Virus record (IMG/VR): IMGVR_UViG_3300035182_001904
Length of the DNA stretch: 64,000 bases
Strand: one strand, 5' to 3'
Source of the DNA: a virus
The translations under genes were made by a program, and so were the position numbers. The notes under the pieces are model-generated. The model saw only the letters and a program-made list of their open reading frames with translations. It did no database searches and had not been told where the DNA came from. This document shows, piece after piece, positions 27,383-36,705 of the stretch; positions within the stretch are counted from its first letter, which is position 1; each line of letters opens with the position of its first letter.

Positions 27383-27670
27383 TCAGGGGACTTCGCGAAC
27401 GATCGGCTCGCCGCCGCCACCGATGACGCGGCACCCGAACTCGACCCAGCGCACGCGCTTGCCGTCTTTGTGGAACTCGACCACGAGGCCGCCCTGGCTC
27501 GGGATGGCGTCGTCCATCGGCGTCTGCCAGTCGTAGAGCGAACGCACCACCACGGCGTCGTAGGCAGGGTGGTCGCTTGCGTAGCGGCCCTCCCCACGAA
27601 GGAGGTAGTGGAAGGCGCGGCGCTTAAGCATGGGCGTCAGACCGAGCTTGTGGTCAGTCCTCGAGGTCAC
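27383..27670 (-). CDS. hypothetical protein
   Basis: ORF track; GTGA overlap with the upstream gene. Confidence 0.55.
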   Translation of the reverse strand: MTSRTDHKLGLTPMLKRRAFHYLLRGEGRYASDHPAYDAVVVRSLYDWQTPMDDAIPSQGGLVVEFHKDGKRVRWVEFGCRVIGGGGEPIVREVP

Positions 27671-27891
27671 GCCGTCCGCTTGGCGGAGGACATGCCTCCG
27701 ACCGTCTCGATGACCGAGAACTGCTCGTAGGTGAAGCTGCCGATGTCACCACGGCGAAGCACCAGCTTGATCAGCCGTGCGTTCGTCATGCAGGCGTCAC
27801 AGATGGCCGTGACAGGTAGGATCTTGGAGGAAACGACGACGCCTTCGTTGGCGCCATTGAACTCGGCCATGCAGTTGCTGCAGGTGTGCAT
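27667..27891 (-). CDS. small Zn-finger protein
   Basis: CSNC...CDAC motif. Confidence 0.6.
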   Translation of the reverse strand: MHTCSNCMAEFNGANEGVVVSSKILPVTAICDACMTNARLIKLVLRRGDIGSFTYEQFSVIETVGGMSSAKRTA

Positions 27892-27900
27892 CCCGTATGT

Positions 27901-28191
27901 TTACCGCGCAATCCAGCGTGACTCAATAGCGATGCACTGGAGACAGGTCAGGCAATCCTGCAGGTCCGTTTCGCGAATCTCGTCCGAGGCTGCGTGCCCG
28001 AACTCGATGTCCGTTTCAGCGCGTTCCCCGGACATGAAGCGCTCGGCAGCGTTGCACGACATCAGCAACGTGAAAGGCGGGTAGTACTCCGACGCCTTGT
28101 CGTCTTCCATGCGATGGACGAGGCCGTGTTCGTCTCGCCAACGGAACCGTTTGTCGTCTATGCGTGCCACTCGCACGCGCCATTGGCGCAC
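27901..28191 (-). CDS. small His/Cys protein
   Basis: WRDEHGLVH...TCLQC motif; start uncertain. Confidence 0.5.
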   Translation of the reverse strand: MRQWRVRVARIDDKRFRWRDEHGLVHRMEDDKASEYYPPFTLLMSCNAAERFMSGERAETDIEFGHAASDEIRETDLQDCLTCLQCIAIESRWIAR

Positions 28192-31100
28192 GCGGCCTCG
28201 CCCGTCAGGTTCGTGCCGTCCTCGGCCTCGAACACCGAGAGGTAGTCGATCGGCTTGTAGCCGGCGATCAGCTCGTTCCAGCGCCGCTCCTGTGCCTCCG
28301 TCTTCACCGCCTCGAATGGCGCGAACGCGTAGACCATGTCGCCCGAGTCTGGCAGGAGCGACACGCCGGTGAAGTTGTCACGGTGGTCCCACAGGTAGTC
28401 CGCGACGGTGACCCACTCCGTCGGACGAACGGAGATCGTGTTCGAGACGTTGTGCGAGAGGCCCGGCATGTGGCTCGGCCGTGTCGCGCCCGGCATCACC
28501 CAGTGCTGTTGGGTGGACCGCACCATGTTCATGAATTCCTCGGCGGTCAGGTCTTCCTTGAGCACCGCACCCTCGGGAGCCTCGACGGGGAACTCGATGA
28601 CCCACTTGCCGTCGGGCTTCTTCACGCACATGTGCGGGTTCGCGGTCTGGAACGCCTGGAACACGACCTCCAGCTCGTCGGCGGTGACGCGGCGGATGTA
28701 GCGACGCGCGTGGTGCGGGTGGATGCCCGAGCCCACGTTGCCCAGCTCGAGGGACGTCGTGCCCGACGGCTTCACGCACGTGGTGCGCGCGGCCTGGTTG
28801 ATGCCGATCATCGCGGCGTACTCCGCGTTCCACGCGACGACCTTGCCTGCGATGGCGCGTTGGTAGTCGGGGTTGCACGCGATGTGCGGTGCGTCCTGCA
28901 TCCCCGTCATCCCGATGCCGAGTAGCGCATCACGCCGAACGATCGCCTCGGTGACCTTGCCCAGGAACGGCATGTCCGTGTACGTCGCCTGCATCGTACC
29001 GATGAGCGCGGCGGCCCACGCGGCCTCGGAGAAGTCCTCGTACGAGGTGAGCTTGGCGGCGTTGATCTCGCAGAGATTGCACATCGCCCAGCCGGTGCTG
29101 GTGGTGCCGTCCTCGTTGAGGAGAAGTGGGTCGAGTCCGATCTCGGCACACGGGTTGGTCACGTGGTTGTAGTCCGAGACGAACAGGACGCCGGGCTCGC
29201 CGTAGTTCTTGGTCATCCCGAAGATGCGCTTGAACTGCTTCTCCTTGACCTCGTCACGCTTGAGCACGACGGAGTTGTTGGCGTTGGCGAGCCACGGCTC
29301 CTTCGAGTACCAGTCACGATCCGACTTGGCGTACATCAGTTCGCTGTCCTCGAGTGAGAACAGACAGATCATCGCGGAGCGCCGGATGCCGCCCGAGAGC
29401 ACCGCATCGGCGGCATGGCACAGAACGCGATGGCACTCGATCGGACGGAGCTTGCGTCCCTGTGCGCTGTGGAGCACGCCACGGATGCGCTCGAGCGCAA
29501 GCTTGAGCTTGCGGTGCCCGGGGGCGCGGCCGCCGCTGGTCTTGAGCGCAGCCCCTGCGGCACGGATCTGGTGATAGGCGAACTCGACGTGGTAGCCACG
29601 GGTGTAGCCGTTGACGAGCGCGTCGAGTGCGCCTGCCCAGCCCTCGATCGTGTCCTCGATCACGTGGTGAACGACCAACGTCTCGTCGATGTCCGCGAGT
29701 GGCGGGAGCTTGTCGACGTGCTCGAACTGCACGGAATAGCCGACGCCACAGCCGGACAGGAGCAGGAACATCGCCTCGGCGAACGCGCGCGGCCGATCGA
29801 TCAGAGTCGCGGAACAGTTGCCTGTAACAACCCCGTTATCGAGCACGAACGAATGGTCGTCCTCGACTTCGAGACACCAGACGACCTCTTCAGCGTCGGG
29901 CTCGATCGACTTCACCTTGTAGGTCGCGGGCCCGGCAACCCCGAAATTAAACGTCAACCCAAACATCGACGTCGTTGGACGCGTACCATAGTTGGTAGTC
30001 TGGCCGGTCAAGTCACGCTCGCGTGTTATATACGCGCCCACCGTCGGAAACACAGTCCGGATGAAGGAAATCGCGGCTTCGTTGCTGGTCTGGATACCGT
30101 CGAATGGAGACAAGTGTGTCTCGTCTTTGTTCGCGTTCGCGTTCTTGTGACCATCCGCGTCGAGATACCCACGGACAAACGCGGCCACGTTCGCGTGTCC
30201 GTCCGTCTCGAGCGTGGGGAGTGTTTTGAGGTACTTTCCCGTGTAAGCCATTGCGTCACCGTTGCAAGACGGTGGACGGCTGATTTTGAATCCTAGTTCC
30301 TCAAAGCGAGCGACAAAACGGCCGTCGTCTCCACAGAGGCGGACCATCGAGTACGTATACTGCCCTTCGCGGTTCTTGACGCACGTACCGTCGCCATACA
30401 CGTACCCCATTGCCCAGTACCAGCGCTCTTCGGGGTTCGCGTCCTCGTAACGCCACGCGCCAACGATAGTTGGAGGGCGGGCCAGAACCTGTCCGACCTG
30501 AAGTTCACGGGTCCGTTCTCCGCCGGAGAGCACCCATTGGTGATTACGTGTTGCGCGAACGGTCTGTGTCCCGCTGCCGCGCTGCAGCTCTACTTTGTAG
30601 AGTTGTTGTTTGCCGTAGCTAAACACCTTCGCCGGCTTCCAATTGCCGGCGTGCGTGAGCACCGTGACACGGTCACCGTGCTCGAAATCTGAAAACCGAC
30701 GGACGCCTGTGCTCGTGATGAACGCAGTGTCTTCGCTAAGACAGTTGTAGATGCGGTTGTGATTCGCCTCGATCGCCTTGCCGCCGAACTGCATCGAGCG
30801 CATCGACGGAAGCACCTTTTTCTCGCGCACCAGATCGTGAGCGCGCTTGATGAGCGGGAGCAGTTCAGGGATGTGCGCGAAGCGGCGCAGGTGCATGCCC
30901 TCCACACGGTCGACCGTCTCGTCGTAGACCTCGCGGCGCTGGATCTCGGGGACGTAGCGCGCGTACTTGCTTGCGTGGATGTAGTCGCTGACAGCCGAGG
31001 CGTCGGGCTTCCTGCGAACCGTGCGCGCCTCGGTCCGCTTCTGACGGTAGATGATGAACGCCTTGGCGACCTTGAACTGCTTGGCACGCATGAGCGCGAC

Positions 31101-31340
31101 TTCGACCGCGTCTTGGATTTGTTCGACGTCCGCGACGTCAGCACGCAGCGTCGCGGAGACGAACGTAGCAACGCGATGAAGACCCTCCTCATCGACAGCG
31201 CCCTCGGCCTCGATCCATGCCTTGCGTACCGCGCTCTCGATCTTCCCGACGTCAAACGGCTGTGTGGTCTGCCCATCACGCTTGCGAACAGTTACTGGTT
31301 GAACGACAGGAAGGTTGAACGGGGCGTCGGCAGATTGCAC
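28158..31340 (-). CDS. nrdJ: class II (B12-dependent, RTPR-like) ribonucleotide reductase with ATP cone and intein
   Basis: ATP cone VRKRDG, PSMRSMQFGG, GCGVGYSV, GGIRRSA, TNPCAEI, CNLCEIN, KPSGT and C-terminal CANGAC; AAGGAG Shine-Dalgarno. Confidence 0.92.
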   Translation of the reverse strand: MQSADAPFNLPVVQPVTVRKRDGQTTQPFDVGKIESAVRKAWIEAEGAVDEEGLHRVATFVSATLRADVADVEQIQDAVEVALMRAKQFKVAKAFIIYRQKRTEARTVRRKPDASAVSDYIHASKYARYVPEIQRREVYDETVDRVEGMHLRRFAHIPELLPLIKRAHDLVREKKVLPSMRSMQFGGKAIEANHNRIYNCLSEDTAFITSTGVRRFSDFEHGDRVTVLTHAGNWKPAKVFSYGKQQLYKVELQRGSGTQTVRATRNHQWVLSGGERTRELQVGQVLARPPTIVGAWRYEDANPEERWYWAMGYVYGDGTCVKNREGQYTYSMVRLCGDDGRFVARFEELGFKISRPPSCNGDAMAYTGKYLKTLPTLETDGHANVAAFVRGYLDADGHKNANANKDETHLSPFDGIQTSNEAAISFIRTVFPTVGAYITRERDLTGQTTNYGTRPTTSMFGLTFNFGVAGPATYKVKSIEPDAEEVVWCLEVEDDHSFVLDNGVVTGNCSATLIDRPRAFAEAMFLLLSGCGVGYSVQFEHVDKLPPLADIDETLVVHHVIEDTIEGWAGALDALVNGYTRGYHVEFAYHQIRAAGAALKTSGGRAPGHRKLKLALERIRGVLHSAQGRKLRPIECHRVLCHAADAVLSGGIRRSAMICLFSLEDSELMYAKSDRDWYSKEPWLANANNSVVLKRDEVKEKQFKRIFGMTKNYGEPGVLFVSDYNHVTNPCAEIGLDPLLLNEDGTTSTGWAMCNLCEINAAKLTSYEDFSEAAWAAALIGTMQATYTDMPFLGKVTEAIVRRDALLGIGMTGMQDAPHIACNPDYQRAIAGKVVAWNAEYAAMIGINQAARTTCVKPSGTTSLELGNVGSGIHPHHARRYIRRVTADELEVVFQAFQTANPHMCVKKPDGKWVIEFPVEAPEGAVLKEDLTAEEFMNMVRSTQQHWVMPGATRPSHMPGLSHNVSNTISVRPTEWVTVADYLWDHRDNFTGVSLLPDSGDMVYAFAPFEAVKTEAQERRWNELIAGYKPIDYLSVFEAEDGTNLTGEAACANGACEWHA
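29817..30743 (-). mobile_element. 309-aa intein with LAGLIDADG homing endonuclease in nrdJ
   Basis: Begins CLSEDT, block B ATRNHQW, GYVYGDG and GYLDADG, ends VVTGN with +1 Cys; more AT-rich than the extein. Confidence 0.92.
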
Positions 31341-31359
31341 GGTCAGGCTCCTTGGGTTT

Positions 31360-31908
31360 TCAGAGTGCGTTTTTGATCAAGCGGCGTGCGCGTCGCTTGG
31401 GCTTCTTGTCTTTCGGAGGACTTCGCAGCGTTCGCAGCACGTCCATCTCGCATCGATGCTGTGCGGTGTTCTTCGCATAAGCCAGGGCGATATGGGCCAA
31501 AAAAAAGGCGTCGGCTTGATCGTCGTTGTTGCCGAAATCGTGGCCGCGACGAACCGCCGCAGCGAGCATCGCGTCCTTGTCCGCGTGCGTGGTGCCCGTG
31601 GCAAATTTCTTGACGAGCACGGGCGGCACGATGACGTACGGGATCTCGTGCTCGACGAGGAGCACCTTGAGGGCGCCACCGATCTCGCCGAGTTCGAACA
31701 CGTGGCCCACAGAATTGTAGGAGTAGCCCTCCATGGCCACAAATTCGACGCCGGGAAGCATCGAGGCCACCGCCGTCTTGATGAAGACCAGGCGCTTTCC
31801 GTCGCGAAGAAAGTCCGGGGTGACCAGGGCTGACGACACCAGCTTGCCGACGTCCGAAAGGCGGCAGAGCCCAGTTCCCGTCAACGACTGATCGATGCCT
31901 AGGAACAC
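31360..31908 (-). CDS. ruvC: RuvC-like Holliday junction resolvase
   Basis: FLGIDQSLTGTG, VAMEGY, VKKFATG...ADKDAM and DDQADA. Start taken at GTG 31908. Confidence 0.85.
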   Translation of the reverse strand: MFLGIDQSLTGTGLCRLSDVGKLVSSALVTPDFLRDGKRLVFIKTAVASMLPGVEFVAMEGYSYNSVGHVFELGEIGGALKVLLVEHEIPYVIVPPVLVKKFATGTTHADKDAMLAAAVRRGHDFGNNDDQADAFFLAHIALAYAKNTAQHRCEMDVLRTLRSPPKDKKPKRRARRLIKNAL

Positions 31909-31919
31909 GAGGACGAAAA

Positions 31920-31929
31920 CCCTATAATT
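31920..31929 (+). promoter_or_regulatory. candidate phage late promoter CCCTATAATT
   Basis: Second exact copy of the motif, in a divergent intergenic region. Confidence 0.6.
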
Positions 31930-31977
31930 TCTACACGCCGCGTTGCAAGCACCGCGTCCGAAATCCGAGGAGATCTC

Positions 31978-32346
31978 GTGGTCAGCTTCACGCTTCACCA
32001 AGTTACGGCCATCGTCGACGGTCCTGCGTACCAGGTGACCAACGAAGTCACGGCAGCCACGGACGCAAGCACGGCTACTTACGTCTTCAAAACCTCGACC
32101 AAGGTGTTCAACCACTACGCCGGCGCGAGCGACATGGTGCAGTGGCCTGACAGCTACGAGAAGGCGACCTTGTCGGGGGCCGCGTTCTATCGCTTGCCCA
32201 GCGTGGTTCGGACGTGGGACACCGTGGTGTTGATGAACGCGGACTTGGCGATGTCTCTTCAGAGGTTGCAGTTCCTGGCCGATGAGCTGAATGCCCAGCA
32301 GGACGCCCTGGTCATCGACCGCACCATCGTGGTTCAAGGAGCCTGA
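31978..32346 (+). CDS. hypothetical (probable virion) protein
   Basis: GAGGAG Shine-Dalgarno with GTG start, downstream of the CCCTATAATT motif. Confidence 0.65.
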   Translation: MVSFTLHQVTAIVDGPAYQVTNEVTAATDASTATYVFKTSTKVFNHYAGASDMVQWPDSYEKATLSGAAFYRLPSVVRTWDTVVLMNADLAMSLQRLQFLADELNAQQDALVIDRTIVVQGA

Positions 32347-32347
32347 C

Positions 32348-33370
32348 ATGGCGGTCTTCGAACAAGAGCGGCATGTCGAGCTGGTCCCGTACGCTGATGA
32401 ATCCTTCGTGATCACCAGCCGGATGGTCTCGGCGATCATCCCCGACCAGCTCCCGCACCTGAACGTCTTCGTGTTGTCGGTTCCCAACACCCTGGACCCA
32501 ACCCAAGACGTGCTTGCGCGGGTCGCCAACCTTGCGGACCTCTCCTTGATTCCGATCGGGCGAAACCCTGGGATCGCTGCACCAGGTCTCAACGGCATCG
32601 AGTACCTTGCGGACTCGTCGACCAATCGCTACGACACGCTCGAGACCGCCAACGCCGCAGCGAAAGCGTTCCAAGACCGCGTCAACGCGCTCATCACCGA
32701 CTGGATCTCGTTCCGCACGAACTTCAACGCGCCCGATCCGACGCCGGCGTACTACACGTTCCCGACGGTCGACCCGTCGCAGAAGACCGCGCTCATCAAC
32801 GCGTACGCGGCTGCCAAACAGGCAGGTTACACGCAGCTGCAGACGAAGAACGCCGCGGACGCCGCGCTCCTCGCGGCTCAAGCTGACTACACGTACAAGT
32901 CGAGCCTGGTCCTGGGCGCCGCGACGCTCGTCACCAACACAACGCTCGTCAAGAACGAGTTCACGACGACGGTCACGCAGTACGGCACGCAGCTCACAGC
33001 GTTCATGTCGCTGTACACTGCAGGTCAGACGTTCGCATCAGCGAACCCGGCAGGTGTCGGCATCGCCGCGTTCAACGCAGCGCTGGCAACGGCCAACGCT
33101 GCGATCGGAACGGCCACCGCACAGCAGAGCGCGATGCCGGGGTACTTGACCGACGCGCAGACGGCGCTCACGAATGCGACGAACTACCAGATCGCACGGC
33201 AGAACGACCTCACGACCTCGTCCACGGCGCTGGGAACTGCACAGGGCAACCAGATCACTCAAGCGCAGCTCTTGACGGCGGCCAATGCAACGACTGCCGC
33301 GGCACTCGCCGCCGTCTACGTGGTGTGTCCGGACTTCGACCCGACATCGATCCCGTACGTCCCAGGCTGA
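32348..33370 (+). CDS. hypothetical Ala/Thr/Gln-rich helical protein (probable virion)
   Basis: AAGGAG Shine-Dalgarno, ATG 32348; coiled-coil-like C-terminal half. Confidence 0.65.
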   Translation: MAVFEQERHVELVPYADESFVITSRMVSAIIPDQLPHLNVFVLSVPNTLDPTQDVLARVANLADLSLIPIGRNPGIAAPGLNGIEYLADSSTNRYDTLETANAAAKAFQDRVNALITDWISFRTNFNAPDPTPAYYTFPTVDPSQKTALINAYAAAKQAGYTQLQTKNAADAALLAAQADYTYKSSLVLGAATLVTNTTLVKNEFTTTVTQYGTQLTAFMSLYTAGQTFASANPAGVGIAAFNAALATANAAIGTATAQQSAMPGYLTDAQTALTNATNYQIARQNDLTTSSTALGTAQGNQITQAQLLTAANATTAAALAAVYVVCPDFDPTSIPYVPG

Positions 33371-33372
33371 TC

Positions 33373-33409
33373 AAAAAAAACGCATCCCCTCTACAGCGCG
33401 CTTGAGGGG
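33373..33409 (-). terminator. intrinsic terminator of - strand operon
   Basis: CCCCTC/GAGGGG stem followed, on the - strand, by ATGCG and T8. Confidence 0.65.
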
Positions 33410-33492
33410 GTAGTGTCCGCAAAGGTCGCGCGCGGCATCCGAGCCCAGGCCTTCGTCGTCCTTGCGGACTCCAGCTTCGGGCGCGTATCGAA

Positions 33493-33915
33493 CTACGTCG
33501 ACTTCACCTTCCGCTTCGTCGGGATAGCGAAGGGGCCGACCTGCACAGAACCGTCGCTACGCTCCTCGCGAATCGCCTGACGCAGGCGAGCCTCGTAGCG
33601 ATCGCCACGCCACGAGTTTTCACCGAACGCGATACCGATCTCCGGGTTCGACAGCTCGGCGATGGCGTAGACCGCCACGTGCCCCGGCGAAGGGAACACG
33701 CTCGCCACCATCTTCCGCGCCTCCGTCTTGGGAGGGCCGTCGTGCTGGTTGTCGCATGTCATGGTGCCATCGCCACGGGTCCAACCCCATGCCGTGCCGC
33801 AGATCGCGCAGGACTGGTAGTCGATCGTGAAGATCACCGCGTGAAAGCCTTCACCGCTGACGCCGTTGCGGTGATAGGCCACCTGAACGATGGTGACGTT
33901 CTCGAGGTCCTTCAT
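33493..33915 (-). CDS. hypothetical protein
   Basis: ORF track; ATGA overlap. Confidence 0.65.
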   Translation of the reverse strand: MKDLENVTIVQVAYHRNGVSGEGFHAVIFTIDYQSCAICGTAWGWTRGDGTMTCDNQHDGPPKTEARKMVASVFPSPGHVAVYAIAELSNPEIGIAFGENSWRGDRYEARLRQAIREERSDGSVQVGPFAIPTKRKVKST

Positions 33916-35063
33916 GCAGCGGCCTTCACCTTCGCCGGCGGCAGCAGCAACTGTCCGGCGATCTCCTCCAGCTCGAGGCGGCGCTCGGCCGTCGCCGCGC
34001 TCTTGGCGAACCAGCTCACGGCGTTCGACAGCCGTGCCTGAGTCGTGCCCCGGGGGAGCATCTCGACATCACCGTCGGTGAACAGCTCCTTGACCTTGTC
34101 GACCTCACCCTTGAGCAGACCCATCTTGGGCAGCGCGGTCCACGCCTCCTTCGGATCGATGCGCTTCTCGAGCGCCTCGCCGATGCGCGCGACGAGCGTG
34201 TTCACCTTGTCGGGCGCGAGCACCTGGTGAACCATGTCGTGGATGGCAGAGACCTGGGTCTTGGTGTCGAGCAGGTAGGTCTCCTTGCTGAACTCCATGT
34301 CGTCCGACAGGCGCTTGCCGAGGTGGACCTGCCGCATGACCTGCTCGAGCGTTGCCGTGTTCGTGCAGACCAGGCGAGTGCAGAACGCGTTGAGCCCGAG
34401 CACGCCCTTGCCGAAGTCGGAGTTGGAGAGCTGCAGCCCGAACGCCAGGACCTCCTCCATGCCACGCTTCGCGGAGGGCTGGAACACCATCGGCAGGATG
34501 GCCTTGACCGCCCAGCGCAAGTCTCCGCCGATACCCTCGACGGGCACCGCGCCGATCTTACTGCACGCCGCCGCGAACGCTTCGATGATGGGACCCGAGT
34601 CCATCCGCTTGAAGCTGTTGGACAGGACGCCACGCACCTGGTCCCCGACCGACCGGACGAGGAGCTTCTTGTTCTCCTCCTCCTTGAAGATGCGCGCCAG
34701 GTTCTCGACGATCAGCTCGCGGCCGTAGGGCCGCTCGAGCAGCCGGTTGACGTACGTCCCGGGCACGCCCGCGCGCTCGCAGACTTGGTCGAGCGCGTTC
34801 TTGTGGAGACCCTCCTCGAAGTAGTTCTTGGCCTTCTTGTTGCGCAGCCCCATCACGATGGTCTTGGTGTCGTTGCCGTTGACCATGAACTGGAGCGTCG
34901 TCGAGTCCGCGATGCGGTCGACAGGCGTCTCGCGCTGCACCTTCTCGATGACGGTCATCGCGCTCTGCTGCGTGTTGTGGATCATCTCCTCGAGCTTGGC
35001 CTTGAAGCCCGCCGTGGCCTCGCCGAGGGCGACGTCGTAGTCCTTCTCGCTGTGGTGGATCAT
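33912..35063 (-). CDS. DUF932-like protein
   Basis: LQLSNSDFGKG...RLVCTN and VMRQVHLG pattern. Confidence 0.65.
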   Translation of the reverse strand: MIHHSEKDYDVALGEATAGFKAKLEEMIHNTQQSAMTVIEKVQRETPVDRIADSTTLQFMVNGNDTKTIVMGLRNKKAKNYFEEGLHKNALDQVCERAGVPGTYVNRLLERPYGRELIVENLARIFKEEENKKLLVRSVGDQVRGVLSNSFKRMDSGPIIEAFAAACSKIGAVPVEGIGGDLRWAVKAILPMVFQPSAKRGMEEVLAFGLQLSNSDFGKGVLGLNAFCTRLVCTNTATLEQVMRQVHLGKRLSDDMEFSKETYLLDTKTQVSAIHDMVHQVLAPDKVNTLVARIGEALEKRIDPKEAWTALPKMGLLKGEVDKVKELFTDGDVEMLPRGTTQARLSNAVSWFAKSAATAERRLELEEIAGQLLLPPAKVKAAA

Positions 35064-35230
35064 CTTCTTGTCCTTCTAACTCTTGGTGTTTTCTTGTGAA
35101 TTGATTGGACGCACCATAGGCACGTCACGAAACGGTGTGTCTTGCGCTTTCTTCCCACACGCGGATGGCCGTCTACACGAGCCATGCCGAGGCCGTAATG
35201 AACGATGCCGCTGTCGTCCACCCAGTTCAT
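35060..35230 (-). CDS. 56-aa His/Cys protein
   Basis: Hand translation MNWVDDSGIVHYG...VTCLWC; ATGA overlap with the DUF932-like gene. Confidence 0.5.
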   Translation of the reverse strand: MNWVDDSGIVHYGLGMARVDGHPRVGRKRKTHRFVTCLWCVQSIHKKTPRVRRTRR

Positions 35231-35232
35231 GG

Positions 35233-36684
35233 TCAGCTCTTGTAGCGCTCGTTGTGCGCAGGGTCGCAGACGAGAATCTCGCCATACCCCTGCTGAAAGT
35301 GCTCGCTGTGCTGAGGCGTCACGAGCCACAGCACCGGAATTTCGTGCGGCAGATGATTCGACGGGCTGACCGCAGGTGCATAGCCGTCGGTGTACACCAC
35401 GACGATGTCGGGTGCTTTGCTGTCGTCCTTGGTGTACTGCTTCATGTGGATGAAGTAGGCATCGAAGTCAGTACCTCCGCGTCCTGTTATGGTCTTGGGG
35501 ATCTCGTCTCCCGAACGCAGCAACACGTCGAGGTGCGTTGCGGAATCTCCCTGCATGTAACGAATTTCCATGTTGTCATCGACGGCCAACATGTGCTGTA
35601 GCTCGCTCTTGACGATCTCCAGGGACTCGGTGGACATCGAGCCGGATGTGTCGACATAGAGAAACACGCGCCATGCTTTGTCCCGCACACGCCCCGGCGT
35701 GGGGATGATGCAGACATCCTCCTCAGCCAACGCCAACAGCATGCGGTTGGGTTGAGCGACGCTGCGTCGGTACTTCGACGTGCGCGACATCTTCGCGCGC
35801 GTCGCGAAGATCTCCCACCACGGTACGATGGGCTCGGCCAAGTAGGCCTCGAGCCACTCCTCCACACCGCCGGGCAGCGTGCCGCGCCCGATGCCACCCA
35901 TCGAGCGAACGACGGAACGCATCGTTTGCTTGAGCTGCTCTCGGATGCGGTGAGCCTGAGACAGCAGCTCGTCGGACGTCAGGTCCTTGAACGTCGAACC
36001 GCCGAAGCTTCGGTTCTTCACGTCTTCACCGTCACCGTCGCCACCTCCTTGACCCGGTTGGTCACCCACACCGTCACCGGGGGCTGATTTTTCTTCGTTG
36101 TCTTCTTTCTCACCGTCAGTCCACATCGAGTGGTCGGTGCCGCCCAGTAAACTCGAGAGGTCGATGACCTTGACCTTGCGCATCAACGACCACTGGTAGA
36201 ACTCGAAGGACCTTTCGAGAGGCAGGTCGAACTTCTCGGGCAGGCACATGCCGTTCCGTGGGTCGTCCGGAGCGCTCGGATTGGCCGCCTTGATCCGCCC
36301 GATCACAAGGTCTTCCGTTTCCTGAAAACCCTCATGCATTCGCAGCATTGTGTTGATCGCGCAGTCCATGCTGATGTTGGCGACCGCGCCTGCCTTCTTG
36401 CGCTCCAGCTCGTCCCGGCAAAGCGCCAGCAGCTCGAGGTAGCGTGGAATGTGGTCGAGCACCAGGTGCAGCATCTCGTGCTCGAGCACGAACAGCGCCG
36501 ACTTCAACGTGAGGAGTCCGAGGAACGCCGGATCGTAGAACAGCACGGCGCGCCCCTCACGGATGCCCACCGCGATGGTGCCCATGCCCGGCCGTGCCAC
36601 CCGCTCCAGGCTTGAAGCCAGGCGTCCGTAGAAGCTCTTCTTCTGGATCAGGTAGATGAAGAACTCGTTGAGCTTCAACTTCAT
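35233..36684 (-). CDS. DUF2201-type metallopeptidase/VWA protein (MoxR partner)
   Basis: HEMLH zincin motif, acidic Gly-rich linker, VDTSGSM MIDAS motif and GRGGTDF. Confidence 0.85.
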   Translation of the reverse strand: MKLKLNEFFIYLIQKKSFYGRLASSLERVARPGMGTIAVGIREGRAVLFYDPAFLGLLTLKSALFVLEHEMLHLVLDHIPRYLELLALCRDELERKKAGAVANISMDCAINTMLRMHEGFQETEDLVIGRIKAANPSAPDDPRNGMCLPEKFDLPLERSFEFYQWSLMRKVKVIDLSSLLGGTDHSMWTDGEKEDNEEKSAPGDGVGDQPGQGGGDGDGEDVKNRSFGGSTFKDLTSDELLSQAHRIREQLKQTMRSVVRSMGGIGRGTLPGGVEEWLEAYLAEPIVPWWEIFATRAKMSRTSKYRRSVAQPNRMLLALAEEDVCIIPTPGRVRDKAWRVFLYVDTSGSMSTESLEIVKSELQHMLAVDDNMEIRYMQGDSATHLDVLLRSGDEIPKTITGRGGTDFDAYFIHMKQYTKDDSKAPDIVVVYTDGYAPAVSPSNHLPHEIPVLWLVTPQHSEHFQQGYGEILVCDPAHNERYKS

Positions 36685-36691
36685 GTTTTTC

Positions 36692-36701
36692 CCCTATAAT
36701 T
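36692..36701 (+). promoter_or_regulatory. candidate phage late promoter CCCTATAATT, leaderless geometry
   Basis: TATAAT at 36695-36700 and ATG at 36706. Confidence 0.6.
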
Positions 36702-36705
36702 CAGC

